Counted from the stretch's first letter, positions 9,461-21,178 are shown. The stretch is DNA of 64,000 bases from Eubacteriales bacterium (GCA_045577415.1 JAZNII010000094.1:1434-65433), one strand, 5' to 3'. Translations and numbers: made by a program. The notes: a model not told the origin generated them from the letters alone.

Positions 9461-9500
9461 AAAATTGCAACGCTAAATTATAATTTGGTGTTGCAATTTT
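9461..9500 (+). terminator. Hairpin downstream of the zinc-ribbon ORF
   Basis: Perfect 11-bp inverted repeat AAAATTGCAAC...GTTGCAATTTT with an 18-nt loop. The stem ends in a T-run. Confidence 0.45.
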
Positions 9501-9551
9501 CTATTATATATTGTATAATATTAATATATTGATTAAAGGCGGTATTTAGTA

Positions 9552-10241
9552 ATGTCAAAATACACCACAATTTTATTCGATGCGGACGATACGTTGTTTG
9601 ATTTTAAAAAGTCCGAGCATGAGGCGGTGAAGGACTGTCTTTCTTTGGTTGGGCTTCCCACGACCGATGAAATTATAGAAAAATATTCGGAGATCAATCA
9701 AAGCTATTGGAAGATGCTGGAGCGCGGTGAAATCACCAAAAAGGATCTTTTTATCGCTCGCTGGAATACCTTTCTTGATTATTACGGATTGGTAGACACG
9801 GATGCTGAAATGATAGCTAAGCTCTATCTTATACAGCTGTCACAAAAAAGCTATCTTTTGGATGGTGCGGAGAGTCTGTGTAAAAAGCTTTACGGCAAAT
9901 TCAAAATGTATATAGTAACAAACGGTTATGCGGTAGTGCAGCACGGCAGATTTGACAAGAGCATCCTGCGAAAGTATTTTGAAGATATGTTCATTTCCGA
10001 GGAGATGGGCGCAGAAAAGCCAACGGTTCAATATTTCGATGCGGTATTTTCAAGGATTCCCGACTTTGATAAAAGCAAGGCAATAATTATCGGTGATTCA
10101 CTTTCTTCCGACATAAAGGGCGGTATCGCTGCGGGAATAGATACTTGTTGGTACAATCGGGGTCACAAAAGCGCTCCCGACGGAATGAATATAACCTATA
10201 CGATAAACGATCTTTCCGAGATCGAAAACATTCTGTTTTAA
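9552..10241 (+). CDS. HAD-superfamily hydrolase, YjjG-like nucleotidase subfamily
   Basis: HAD motif I FDADDTLFDF, motif III/IV IIGDSLSSDIKGG, and a capped HAD-IA architecture. Confidence 0.8.
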   Translation: MSKYTTILFDADDTLFDFKKSEHEAVKDCLSLVGLPTTDEIIEKYSEINQSYWKMLERGEITKKDLFIARWNTFLDYYGLVDTDAEMIAKLYLIQLSQKSYLLDGAESLCKKLYGKFKMYIVTNGYAVVQHGRFDKSILRKYFEDMFISEEMGAEKPTVQYFDAVFSRIPDFDKSKAIIIGDSLSSDIKGGIAAGIDTCWYNRGHKSAPDGMNITYTINDLSEIENILF

Positions 10242-10258
10242 TCTGAAAGGACAGACCT

Positions 10259-11164
10259 ATGACCCCTGATTTCGATTCAAGCATTGAAATTCGCGAAAAT
10301 GAGCCTTTATCGAAGCATTCCTCTTTCAAGATCGGAGGACCTGCCAAGATCGCAGTTTTTCCAAAGACGCGCGACGAGCTTGTCGAGGTTCTGCGTTCGG
10401 TAAAGAGTTGTAAATATAAATATATGGTGGTAGGTAACGGATCAAATCTTCTTTTTGACGACGAGGGCTTTGACGGAATTATCATTTTTACAAAGCACTT
10501 GAACACTACAGAATACATCCATAAAAGCGACAAGACCGTGATACGAGTTGAATGCGGAAAATCGCTGACCGAGCTTGCAAGTGAGACAGGTAAAAAGCAC
10601 TCCTTGACGGGTCTTGAATTCGCGTTTGGTATCCCCGGAACGGTTGGCGGCGCTATCTATATGAACGCGGGTGCTTATGGGGGGCAAATGTCGGATATAG
10701 CTGTGGAAACAGAGTATTTCGACACCTTTGACGGTGAAATTAAGAAGGTCTCGGGCGACGCGCACAAATTTGATTACAGACATTCGATCTTTGCCGAGCA
10801 TCCCGAGTATATCATTCTTTCCACGACCCTTGAGATGAAAGAGGAAAATGCCGAAGAAATATTCGCGGCTATGACCAAAAACATGACCTCGCGCCGCGAA
10901 AAACAGCCTCTTGAATACCCAAGCGCGGGCAGCACCTTCAAGCGCCCCACAGGATATTTTGCAGGCAAGCTTATAGAAGATTGCGGACTTAAAGGCTACA
11001 CCGTAGGCGGCGCGCAGATCTCCGAAAAGCACGCGGGATTTACGGTCAATATCGGAGGAGCGACCTCCGCAGACGTTCTTGCGGTCATTGAGCATACGAG
11101 AGCTGTTGTGCTTGAAAAATTCGGCGTTGAGCTTGAATGTGAGATCATTTACGTACCCAAATAA
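10259..11164 (+). CDS. murB: UDP-N-acetylenolpyruvoylglucosamine reductase
   Basis: FAD-binding region FKIGGPA and VVGNGSNLLF; GIPGTVGGAIYMNAGAYG; AGSTFKRP; ISEKHAGF. Confidence 0.95.
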   Translation: MTPDFDSSIEIRENEPLSKHSSFKIGGPAKIAVFPKTRDELVEVLRSVKSCKYKYMVVGNGSNLLFDDEGFDGIIIFTKHLNTTEYIHKSDKTVIRVECGKSLTELASETGKKHSLTGLEFAFGIPGTVGGAIYMNAGAYGGQMSDIAVETEYFDTFDGEIKKVSGDAHKFDYRHSIFAEHPEYIILSTTLEMKEENAEEIFAAMTKNMTSRREKQPLEYPSAGSTFKRPTGYFAGKLIEDCGLKGYTVGGAQISEKHAGFTVNIGGATSADVLAVIEHTRAVVLEKFGVELECEIIYVPK

Positions 11165-11185
11165 AAGGATTGAAAGGCTATAAAA

Positions 11186-12094
11186 ATGTCATTTTCATCA
11201 CAAGTCAAGGATGAATTAAACACTTTACAGATAAAGTCAAACTGTTGCAAAAAGGCTTATATTTTCGGCTCTCTTATGTCTGCTGATATATCCGACGGAC
11301 AGATTTTCGTAAAGATCACAGATAAGTCAACCGCAGAGCAGCTTTGTCATCTGATTAAGGCAATATATAAAATTGAACCCGAAAGAAAAGAGATCAGACG
11401 AGGATGCTACAACGCCATTGAATTAAAATTCAAGTCGGCGAAAATTGAAGATTTTTTGTCCTTTGCAGACGAGTTTTCGGGGTCTGATGAGGACGTCGAT
11501 GCTTTAAATGCTTATTTTGCTTGCGAAAACTGCAAGCAGGTCTTTGCCCGCGCGGCATTTTGCGCTTGCGGTAGCGTCAGTGATCCTAAAAAGTCATATA
11601 CTTTGGAAATTTACGCCGCCAACGATACTCGCGCCATGCTTATTCACTCGGTGCTTGAGGAAATAGTTACCGAAGCGCCCGGAATTACGTCGCGTAAAGA
11701 AAAAATGAGCGTTTTTTATAAAAACAACTCGGCTATTGAGGACGTTTTGACTGTTTTGGGCGCAAGCAAGACACTTTTTGAGTTTTTGGACAGCTATATC
11801 GAAAAAGACCTTCGAAATTATGAAAACAGAGCTACGAATTGCGTAACGAGAAATATTGCAAAGTCGGTTGGAGCATCGGGGTTGCAGGTTTTGGCGATAG
11901 AAGCGCTTATTGCGACGGGAGCCTTCGAAGAATTGGGCGACGACCTTCAGGCAACAGCAGCCCTACGCTTAGCTAACCCCGCGCTTACATTGTCCGAGCT
12001 TGCGGAGATACATATTCCTCCGATTTCAAAATCGGGACTTAATCACAGAATATCAAAGATCATGGAGCTTGCTAAACAGAGAGAGCTTATATAA
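11186..12094 (+). CDS. whiA: DNA-binding protein WhiA
   Basis: N-terminal FSSQVKDEL, degenerate LAGLIDADG-like domains, and a C-terminal HTH ALRLANPALTLSELAE...ISKSGLNHR. Confidence 0.93.
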   Translation: MSFSSQVKDELNTLQIKSNCCKKAYIFGSLMSADISDGQIFVKITDKSTAEQLCHLIKAIYKIEPERKEIRRGCYNAIELKFKSAKIEDFLSFADEFSGSDEDVDALNAYFACENCKQVFARAAFCACGSVSDPKKSYTLEIYAANDTRAMLIHSVLEEIVTEAPGITSRKEKMSVFYKNNSAIEDVLTVLGASKTLFEFLDSYIEKDLRNYENRATNCVTRNIAKSVGASGLQVLAIEALIATGAFEELGDDLQATAALRLANPALTLSELAEIHIPPISKSGLNHRISKIMELAKQRELI

Positions 12095-12117
12095 AATTTA
12101 CGGAAAGGCAGGAGCTT

Positions 12118-15100
12118 ATGGGAGAGTTCGTTCATCTTCATCTTCACAGTGAATACAGTCTGCTTGACGGCGCTTGCCGAATAGCCGACATACCCGACAG
12201 ACTGCGCGAGTGCGGTCAGGATGCGGTCGCCATCACCGATCACGGCAATATGTACGGCGTTATCGAGTTCTACAAGACCTGCAAAAAGGCAGGAATAAAG
12301 CCGATAATCGGTTGCGAGGTCTATGTTGCAACCTCGTCAAGATTCGATAAGAGAAATAACACCGATTCCTATTATCATCTCGTCCTGCTTTGCAAAAATA
12401 TGACGGGATATAAAAACCTTATACGTCTGGTCTCGTTTGGCTACACCGAGGGATTTTATTCCAAGCCACGTATCGATGAGGACCTGCTCCGCACTCATAG
12501 TGACGGGCTTATCGCTCTGTCAGCTTGTCTTTCGGGCAAGATACCGAGACTTTTGTCGGTAGGTGACTACGAGTCGGCGAAAAAAACGGCACTCGACTAT
12601 GCCGAAATGTTCGGCAGGGACAATTTCTATATAGAGCTTCAGGATCACGGAACCGAGGAAACGAGGCAGATCATGCCGCTTCTCGTTGGTCTTGCCGAGG
12701 AGACGGGACTTCCTATGGTTGCCACCAACGACTGCCACTATCTTCGCCGTCAGGATTCTGAGATCCAGCAGGTGTTGATGTGTATTCAGACCAACACCAC
12801 ACTTGATAGCTCAAACAAGCCCACCTTTGGCGTGGACGACTACTATATCAAGACCACCGACGAGATGAAGCGCATTTACGGCGGATATTCGGGTGCTATC
12901 GAGAACACGGTCAAGATAGCCGAGATGTGTCAGCTCGAGCTTGACTTTGACAAGGTCTTTTTGCCCAAATTCCCTTGTCCCGACGGAAAGGGAGCAGAGG
13001 AATATCTTCGCGAACTTACCCTTGCGGGACTTGAGCGCGGACAGAAAAACGGACATCTCGTATTCGGCAACGAATCTCACAATGACGAAAAAGCATACAG
13101 AGAGAGAATTGACTATGAGCTTTCGGTCATTAACACCATGGGATATGCCGACTATTTCCTTATCGTGCAGGACTACGTGGGATTTGCCAAGAGCGCGGGT
13201 ATTCCCGTTGGCCCGGGGCGTGGATCGGGCGCGGGCAGCCTTGTAGCATATCTGCTTGGAATTACAGACATTGATTCTATCAAATTCGACCTCCTTTTTG
13301 AGCGTTTTCTCAATCCTGAGAGAGTCAGTATGCCTGATATTGATATGGACTTTTGCTACAATCGCCGCGATGAGGTCATAGACTACGTCACGAGAAAATA
13401 CGGCAGAGAACACGTGTCGCAGATAATCACCTTCGGTACTCTTGCCGCAAAGGCGGCGATCCGCGATTGCGGACGGGCTATGGGATTGTCTTATTCCGAC
13501 GTTGACGTGGTGGCAAAAGCGATACCTCGCGAGCTTGGAATAACGCTGAAAAACGCACTCCGTTTTCCCGAACTTAAAGAGCTTTACGAAGGCTCGGAGC
13601 AGATTAAAAGATTAGTTGACACGGCCATCTCTCTTGAGGGTATGCCGAGAAACATCTCGGTTCACGCGGCGGGCGTGGTCATTACGGACAAGCCTATCTC
13701 CGAGTACGTACCTCTGTCCGTAAGCAACGGCACCGTTGTAACTCAGTTTGATATGGACACTATCGCCGACTTGGGACTTCTCAAATTTGACTTTCTTGCT
13801 CTCCGCTATCTGACGATCATCAACGACGCACAGATGCAGATCAAGGAATTTGAGCCTGATTTTGACATTGAAAAAATACCGTTTGACGATAAAAAGACCT
13901 TTGAGCTGATCTCGCGCGGCGACACTGCGGGCGTTTTTCAGCTTGAATCGTCGGGAATGAAGCAGGTGCTTCAAAATCTGCGTCCCGAGTGCATCGACGA
14001 TATAATTTCGGTCATTTCGCTCTACCGCCCCGGTCCTATGGACTCGATACCAAGGTTTATAGAGTGCCGTCATGACCCCTCCAAGGTAGTTTACGATCTG
14101 CCCGAGCTTGAACCTATATTGCGCTCGACCTACGGCTGTACTGTCTACCAGGAGCAGGTAATGAGCATTTTCCGCACGGTGGCGGGATATACCTACGGTC
14201 ACGCGGATATAGTAAGACGCGCTATGTCGAAGAAAAAAGCAAGCGTGCTTGAAGCCGAGCGTGAGCAGTTCATAGGCGGCGCGGCTGAGAACGGCATTGA
14301 CCGCGCGAAAGCCGAAAAGCTCTTTGACGATATGGCAAGCTTTGCAAACTACGCCTTCAACAAGGCTCACGCTGCCGCCTACGCGGTCATAAGCTACCGT
14401 TCCGCATATCTCAAAGCCCACCACACGGGCGAATATATGGCGGCTCTCCTGACCAGCGTCCTTGGCAACCAGGTCAAGAGCGTTGAGTATATAAACGAAT
14501 GCTCGAAATTCGGTATTTCCGTTTTGCCTCCCGATATTAACGGAAGCCGTGTGACTTTCGCGACGGATAGGGATAACGGCAACATTCGTTTCGGTCTTTT
14601 GGCGCTTAAAAACGTGGGCAAGCAGATGCTTGAAGCAATAATCAGCGAGAGAACGACGGGTGGCAGATTTGCCTCATTTGACAATTTCGTTGAGCGAATG
14701 AGTGACATTACCGATCTGAACAAACGTCAAGTCGAGGCGCTTATAAAATGCGGAGCGTTTGACGGTCTCGGTCTTTTCCGCTCACAGCTTCTTATGTCCT
14801 ACGAGACTATCATAGACAACGTCCAACAAAAGAATCGTAACAACCCGGCAGGGCAGATGGATATGTTTTCGATGGGCAATATCGAGGCTCCGTCCTTCGA
14901 CTACCCCGACATTCCCGAATACGGAATGAAGGAAAAGCTGCTTATGGAAAAAGAGGCTTCGGGAATGTATTTTTCTGGTCACATGCTTGATAATTACTCA
15001 AAGCATGTGGAGGATCTCGATATAATCGCCACGGCAGAGCTTGCCGAGACCGACGAGGGCGGAGAATTGCTCTATACCGACCGAGACAGAGTCAAATTGG

Positions 15101-15786
15101 TGGGTATCATCAACTCCGTTTCACTCAAAACCACGAAGAACGACGACAGAATGGCGTTTTTCAAGCTGGAGGACAAGTACGGCGAGGTCGAGTGCATCGT
15201 TTTCCCGAAAAAGTATAACGAGCTTTATCACGAGATATTCGTGGATGCCGCTATCTACGTTGAGGGAACGGTTTCTATCAAGGACGATGAAATTCCGAAG
15301 ATTCTCGTTAACCACCTCACGGCACTTATCGAAAACGACAGATACGTAAGCAAGCCTGCGGAAGCTCCAACACAGCCAATGCAAAAAGAGCAATCCGTAG
15401 TGACCGAAACGCCCGCACAGGAATCCGAAAGCAACAACGGAGCACCCTCGATGATAAATATGTATCTTTCTTTCTACGGCGCGGCGCAAAGTAATCCCAC
15501 GCCCGAACCTGCGAGAGTAAGTACGCCCAAATCCCCCGAGCCTCGGGTAACTATGGCGAGACAACAGCCCCAAAAGCTCTATCTGCGCGTTCCCGATATG
15601 TCGGGCGAGGTGTTTTTGAAGGTCAAGAATATGGTCGATATATTCAACGAAGGAACTGTCAAGGTCATTTTCTATGATTCCTCTACTGCAAAATATTCGG
15701 AATATAGCGAGAGAATGTTCTATTCGGAGTATGCTATAAGTGAGTTGAAGAAGATAATTGGTGACGACAATGTTGTAATCAAATAA
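12118..15786 (+). CDS. dnaE: DNA polymerase III alpha subunit, DnaE type
   Basis: PHP domain FVHLHLHSEYSLLDG; PGRGSGAGSLVAY; PDIDMDF; YQEQVM; OB fold. 1222 aa with a Pro/Gln-rich linker and an extra C-terminal domain. Confidence 0.97.
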   Translation: MGEFVHLHLHSEYSLLDGACRIADIPDRLRECGQDAVAITDHGNMYGVIEFYKTCKKAGIKPIIGCEVYVATSSRFDKRNNTDSYYHLVLLCKNMTGYKNLIRLVSFGYTEGFYSKPRIDEDLLRTHSDGLIALSACLSGKIPRLLSVGDYESAKKTALDYAEMFGRDNFYIELQDHGTEETRQIMPLLVGLAEETGLPMVATNDCHYLRRQDSEIQQVLMCIQTNTTLDSSNKPTFGVDDYYIKTTDEMKRIYGGYSGAIENTVKIAEMCQLELDFDKVFLPKFPCPDGKGAEEYLRELTLAGLERGQKNGHLVFGNESHNDEKAYRERIDYELSVINTMGYADYFLIVQDYVGFAKSAGIPVGPGRGSGAGSLVAYLLGITDIDSIKFDLLFERFLNPERVSMPDIDMDFCYNRRDEVIDYVTRKYGREHVSQIITFGTLAAKAAIRDCGRAMGLSYSDVDVVAKAIPRELGITLKNALRFPELKELYEGSEQIKRLVDTAISLEGMPRNISVHAAGVVITDKPISEYVPLSVSNGTVVTQFDMDTIADLGLLKFDFLALRYLTIINDAQMQIKEFEPDFDIEKIPFDDKKTFELISRGDTAGVFQLESSGMKQVLQNLRPECIDDIISVISLYRPGPMDSIPRFIECRHDPSKVVYDLPELEPILRSTYGCTVYQEQVMSIFRTVAGYTYGHADIVRRAMSKKKASVLEAEREQFIGGAAENGIDRAKAEKLFDDMASFANYAFNKAHAAAYAVISYRSAYLKAHHTGEYMAALLTSVLGNQVKSVEYINECSKFGISVLPPDINGSRVTFATDRDNGNIRFGLLALKNVGKQMLEAIISERTTGGRFASFDNFVERMSDITDLNKRQVEALIKCGAFDGLGLFRSQLLMSYETIIDNVQQKNRNNPAGQMDMFSMGNIEAPSFDYPDIPEYGMKEKLLMEKEASGMYFSGHMLDNYSKHVEDLDIIATAELAETDEGGELLYTDRDRVKLVGIINSVSLKTTKNDDRMAFFKLEDKYGEVECIVFPKKYNELYHEIFVDAAIYVEGTVSIKDDEIPKILVNHLTALIENDRYVSKPAEAPTQPMQKEQSVVTETPAQESESNNGAPSMINMYLSFYGAAQSNPTPEPARVSTPKSPEPRVTMARQQPQKLYLRVPDMSGEVFLKVKNMVDIFNEGTVKVIFYDSSTAKYSEYSERMFYSEYAISELKKIIGDDNVVIK

Positions 15787-15792
15787 TACAAA

Positions 15793-15831
15793 AACACCGC
15801 CGAGAGTAACCGTTTGGTCGCTCTCGGCGGT
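15793..15831. repeat. 39-bp direct repeat, copy 1 (terminator-type hairpin after dnaE)
   Basis: AACACCGCCGAGAGTAACCGTTTGGTCGCTCTCGGCGGT is identical base-for-base to 18113-18151. Stem is CCGCCGAGAG/CTCTCGGCGG. Confidence 0.9.
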
Positions 15832-15849
15832 AATTCTAATTAAGTTTCA

Positions 15850-17947
<2,098 letters not shown>

Positions 17948-17960
17948 TTATTTCACCTAC

Positions 17961-17989
17961 ATTATACCATCATTGTTTTTACAGGTCAA
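17961..17989 (-). promoter_or_regulatory. Sigma-A promoter TTGACC-17nt-TATAAT for gap
   Basis: Read on the minus strand: -35 at 17984-17989 and -10 at 17961-17966. GAAAGGAAG RBS precedes the gap ATG. Confidence 0.6.
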
Positions 17990-18028
17990 TAACTTAGCAA
18001 GAGAAGTTTATTCTAATAACAAGAGAAT

Positions 18029-18077
18029 TTTCTAATGTGTATAAATGCCATTAGAAATACTTGACAATGGTACCATT
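18029..18077. promoter_or_regulatory. Operator-like inverted repeats upstream of the gap promoter
   Basis: TTTCTAATG-N11-CATTAGAAA at 18029-18057 and the perfect 12-bp palindrome AATGGTACCATT at 18066-18077. Confidence 0.4.
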
Positions 18078-18112
18078 ACCACTTTGTTTGTGAAGTATAA
18101 AATCCTAAAGTG

Positions 18113-18151
18113 AACACCGCCGAGAGTAACCGTTTGGTCGCTCTCGGCGGT
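18113..18151. repeat. 39-bp direct repeat, copy 2 (terminator-type hairpin after the pgcA-like gene)
   Basis: Identical to 15793-15831. In this copy the stem extends to 14 bp (AACACCGCCGAGAG/CTCTCGGCGGTGTT). Confidence 0.9.
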
Positions 18152-18164
18152 GTTTACTATAAAA

Positions 18165-19877
18165 TCAAATATTAAGAGTCTTTTTATACGCCTCGATATT
18201 AGCAAGCGCCGTCTCCTGATCTGCGGCAGATACCATAAAGTAGAATTTTACCTTAGGTTCGGTGCCGGAGGGACGGACGATAACAACGTCACCGTTTTCA
18301 AGCTTGAAGGAGAGAACGTTGGACGCAGGCAATTCGGTAGAGGTCTTTTCTCCGCTTACAACGTCCGTAAAGGTCTGTTTCTTATAATCACCGAAGGTAA
18401 CGACCCGAACTCCGCCAAGCTCGACGGGAGTGCTTGTTCTCATGCCATCAAGCAGAGCCGCCATTTTTGCGGGACCGTCAACACCCTCCATATATATCTC
18501 AACGTTTCTTTCAAGGCAGAAGCCGTACTTTTCGTAGAGACCCTCAAGGGCATCGTAAAGAGTCATACCCTTGGCGTGGTAATATGCGGTCATCTCGCAA
18601 ATAAGCATGGTAGCGACAACTGCATCCTTATCGCGTGCATAAGTACCCTTAAGGTAGCCGTAGCTTTCCTCAAATCCGAAGATATAGGAGCCTTCGCCCG
18701 TAGCCTCGTGGTTCTTAATGACCTCGCCGATAAACTTAAATCCGGTAAGCACGTTGAACATCTCAACGCCGTGAGCGTCACATATCTTGGTAGCAAGCTC
18801 GGAGGAAACTATGGATTTGACCACATATGGCTGATCGGGCATAGTGCCTGTTTCCTCATAAGCAGTGATGATATAGTCGATAAGAAGCGCGCCCATCTGG
18901 TTGCCCGTGATGGTCTTGAAGCTACCGTCTCGGGTTTTGGCAACAACGCCGACACGGTCTGCATCGGGGTCGGTAGCGACTACAAGGTTGCTTCCAACGT
19001 TATTGGCAATCGCGATACCGAGTTCAAAAACCTCTGCGTATTCGGGATTGGGCTTTTCGACGGTGGGGAAGTTGCCGTCAATGACGAACTGTTCCTCAAC
19101 CTTGTAAAGATGCTTGATACCCGTTCTTGCAAGAATTTCGGGGATAAGCTTGTGACCCGTACCGTGAAGGGGAGTGTATACTATCTTCAATTCATCCGCA
19201 ACTGCCTTGACTGCCTCGGGGTTGACTGCTTGTGCCTGAACCTGCGCAAGATAAAGTTCATCCATTTCAGAACCGAGGATCTTGATCTTGCCCTCGGCAA
19301 CCGCCGTGTAAAAATCAACTCTCTTGACGTCGTTGAAGATGTCTATCTTGCATATCTCCTCGTAAACGGTGTTAGCATGCTCAGGAGGGAGCTGCGCGCC
19401 GTCCTCCCAATATGCCTTGTAGCCGTTATATTGCTTGGGATTGTGTGATGCGGTGATATTGATACCCGCAACGCACTTCAGCTCGCGGAGAGCGAAGGAA
19501 AGCTCGGGGGTGGGGCGGAGAGCATCAAAAATATATACAGGAATATCAGCTGCTGCCAGAACCTCTGCGGACACCTTGGCGAAAAGCTCTGAATTATTGC
19601 GGCTATCGTAAGCGATAGCAACGCCGTCTACCGCCCTGCCTTCCTTGTGGATAAGGGTAGCCAAGCCCTGAGTTGCCTGCGCTACTGTGTAGATGTTCAT
19701 AGCGTTCATTCCAATCTTCATAGTGCCGCGAAGTCCCGCGGTACCAAAGGTCAGACCTGATGTAAAACGAAGCTTGATCTCATCGTCATTATCGGCGATG
19801 TCGCGAAGCTCTTGCTTTTCAGCTTCTGTAAGGACGGGGGAATTCAACCAAAGATTGTAATTATCAAGATAATTCAT
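18165..19877 (-). CDS. pgcA: Phosphoglucomutase/phosphomannomutase family phospho-sugar mutase (PgcA-like)
   Basis: Active-site TASHNPKQYNGYK, metal loop ATDPDADR, GFEESYG. The 570-aa length matches B. subtilis PgcA. Confidence 0.9.
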   Translation of the reverse strand: MNYLDNYNLWLNSPVLTEAEKQELRDIADNDDEIKLRFTSGLTFGTAGLRGTMKIGMNAMNIYTVAQATQGLATLIHKEGRAVDGVAIAYDSRNNSELFAKVSAEVLAAADIPVYIFDALRPTPELSFALRELKCVAGINITASHNPKQYNGYKAYWEDGAQLPPEHANTVYEEICKIDIFNDVKRVDFYTAVAEGKIKILGSEMDELYLAQVQAQAVNPEAVKAVADELKIVYTPLHGTGHKLIPEILARTGIKHLYKVEEQFVIDGNFPTVEKPNPEYAEVFELGIAIANNVGSNLVVATDPDADRVGVVAKTRDGSFKTITGNQMGALLIDYIITAYEETGTMPDQPYVVKSIVSSELATKICDAHGVEMFNVLTGFKFIGEVIKNHEATGEGSYIFGFEESYGYLKGTYARDKDAVVATMLICEMTAYYHAKGMTLYDALEGLYEKYGFCLERNVEIYMEGVDGPAKMAALLDGMRTSTPVELGGVRVVTFGDYKKQTFTDVVSGEKTSTELPASNVLSFKLENGDVVIVRPSGTEPKVKFYFMVSAADQETALANIEAYKKTLNI

Positions 19878-19913
19878 AAAAAAACTCCTTTCAAAATGTT
19901 ACTTTTAGGTAAA

Positions 19914-20165
19914 TCAAGCCTGCTTGTACTGCTCAAGCGCGATTGCTAACTGGTCGGGACATGAGGTGGGTCTGGGACCGCAATTGATTCCGCGAAGGCG
20001 CTTGATAGCCTCCTCAACGGTCATACCCTTGACGAGCGCGCTTACGCCCTGTGTGTTTCCCGAGCATCCGCCTGTAAATTTTGCTTCAACTACGACACCG
20101 TTCTCAATATCAATGTCGATTTGACGGGAGCAGGTTCCGTGTGTTTTGTAAGTAATGTGTTCCAT
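19914..20165 (-). CDS. TIGR03905-family TSCPD-domain protein
   Basis: MEHITYKTHGTCSRQIDIDIENGVV..KFTGGCSGNTQG...GINCG.RPTSCPDQLA. I prefer the ATG at 20165 (AAGGAAG upstream) over the longer TTG call. Confidence 0.85.
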   Translation of the reverse strand: MEHITYKTHGTCSRQIDIDIENGVVVEAKFTGGCSGNTQGVSALVKGMTVEEAIKRLRGINCGPRPTSCPDQLAIALEQYKQA

Positions 20166-20209
20166 AATTCTTATGCTTCCTTTCAAATAATATTCATGTT
20201 GCTGTGATT

Positions 20210-21178
20210 TTATATCTGCGTATAGAGACCAATAGGGATAAAAGCGGGGCAGTCTATTGCGAGAAACGACAAAAACGTTTGCATATCCGATCCGTCAACT
20301 CTGAAAACAGGACAAAAATATATTTCTTTTCCGATTCCTGCGGCATGCATATTCAGCGTGTCTATTCTCCTGAGCTTAAGCGAGCAGAAATCTGCGGCGC
20401 AAAACACATCCTCAAGTTTTAAGTTGTCCTCTCCCGATATTGCGAACTCAAAATATCTGTTTCTTGTTTTGGTGCGAATCGCGGTGTTTTGAGAAATAAA
20501 GGCTTTTCTCAAAAGCGCGTAACGGGTGTATCCGTTATTTCCGTGCAGATCGTAAACCGAAATTATCTTAAAAGAGTACTTGAATATAAGATCGTAAAAG
20601 GACAAGAGCTTGCCGTCGGCAGAGGTCTCGACGGGTAATATGCAATACTCACATTCCCCCTTGTATACGCTGTCGCATACATCTGTGGCGTTTTCAAAAT
20701 ATGCGGCGCGCGGAGAGCTTAACAATGCAGAAAATTGCAGATACGCGGCATCGTTATATGAGTTTTTTATGTATGCTATCCTCTCTGCGGCGTTCTCTGA
20801 TATTGAAAGCTCGGATTCCTGCCATAGATTTTTCAATGCATTCTTGTTTTCAGAGTTTAATTTGCTGACAACCTCTTTAAACACAGTTAAGCGCTCAATG
20901 GTGGATAGCTTTGAAAATACTATATCCGCAATATGCCTGTTTTCGCTGATGATGTTTCCCGAGTCGGCTTTTCCCTCGGATTTTATAGAAAGAATAATAC
21001 TTTTTATTATGTCGGTATCTCCGCCGTCGATCAGGATTGCCTCGGACAACTCAGAAAGATGCGCCAACCTCTCCTCAATTATAGATTCAAGAACACCTTC
21101 AAGCTCTGAAAGATTTGAAAGCGTTATTTCGGTATTGCTGCCCTCAAGCTCGGGAATATCCGAATAGATCAGTCCCAT
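20210..21178 (-). CDS. Truncated prephenate-dehydratase-like plus ACT-like domain protein with a ~130-aa helical N-terminal extension; probably non-catalytic
   Basis: RIAYIKNSYNDAAYLQF...YKGECEYCILPVETSADGKLL...GYTRYALL mirrors PDT lobe 1 and the TRF motif, but the SHPQ lobe is missing. The C-terminus follows the PheA ACT pattern (YFCPVFRVDG...IPIGLY). The ATG shares one nt with the htpG TGA. Confidence 0.55.
   Translation of the reverse strand: MGLIYSDIPELEGSNTEITLSNLSELEGVLESIIEERLAHLSELSEAILIDGGDTDIIKSIILSIKSEGKADSGNIISENRHIADIVFSKLSTIERLTVFKEVVSKLNSENKNALKNLWQESELSISENAAERIAYIKNSYNDAAYLQFSALLSSPRAAYFENATDVCDSVYKGECEYCILPVETSADGKLLSFYDLIFKYSFKIISVYDLHGNNGYTRYALLRKAFISQNTAIRTKTRNRYFEFAISGEDNLKLEDVFCAADFCSLKLRRIDTLNMHAAGIGKEIYFCPVFRVDGSDMQTFLSFLAIDCPAFIPIGLYTQI

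Noticed and set aside
9031-9462. 143-aa minus-strand ORF from the track
   Set aside because: It has a TTG start without an RBS and an F/Y/S-rich composition. It runs across a consensus plus-strand promoter. The plus-strand frame with the zinc ribbon looks more protein-like. I kept it only as the alternative hypothesis to the 9079-9500 finding.
13612-14424. 270-aa minus-strand ORF. The same reasoning applies to 12811-13413, 14394-14723 and 15121-15573.
   Set aside because: All lie antisense inside dnaE.
18150-19448. 432-aa plus-strand ORF
   Set aside because: It lies entirely antisense to the well-supported pgcA-like mutase gene. It has no RBS, starts inside the terminator repeat, and its composition is typical of a shadow frame.
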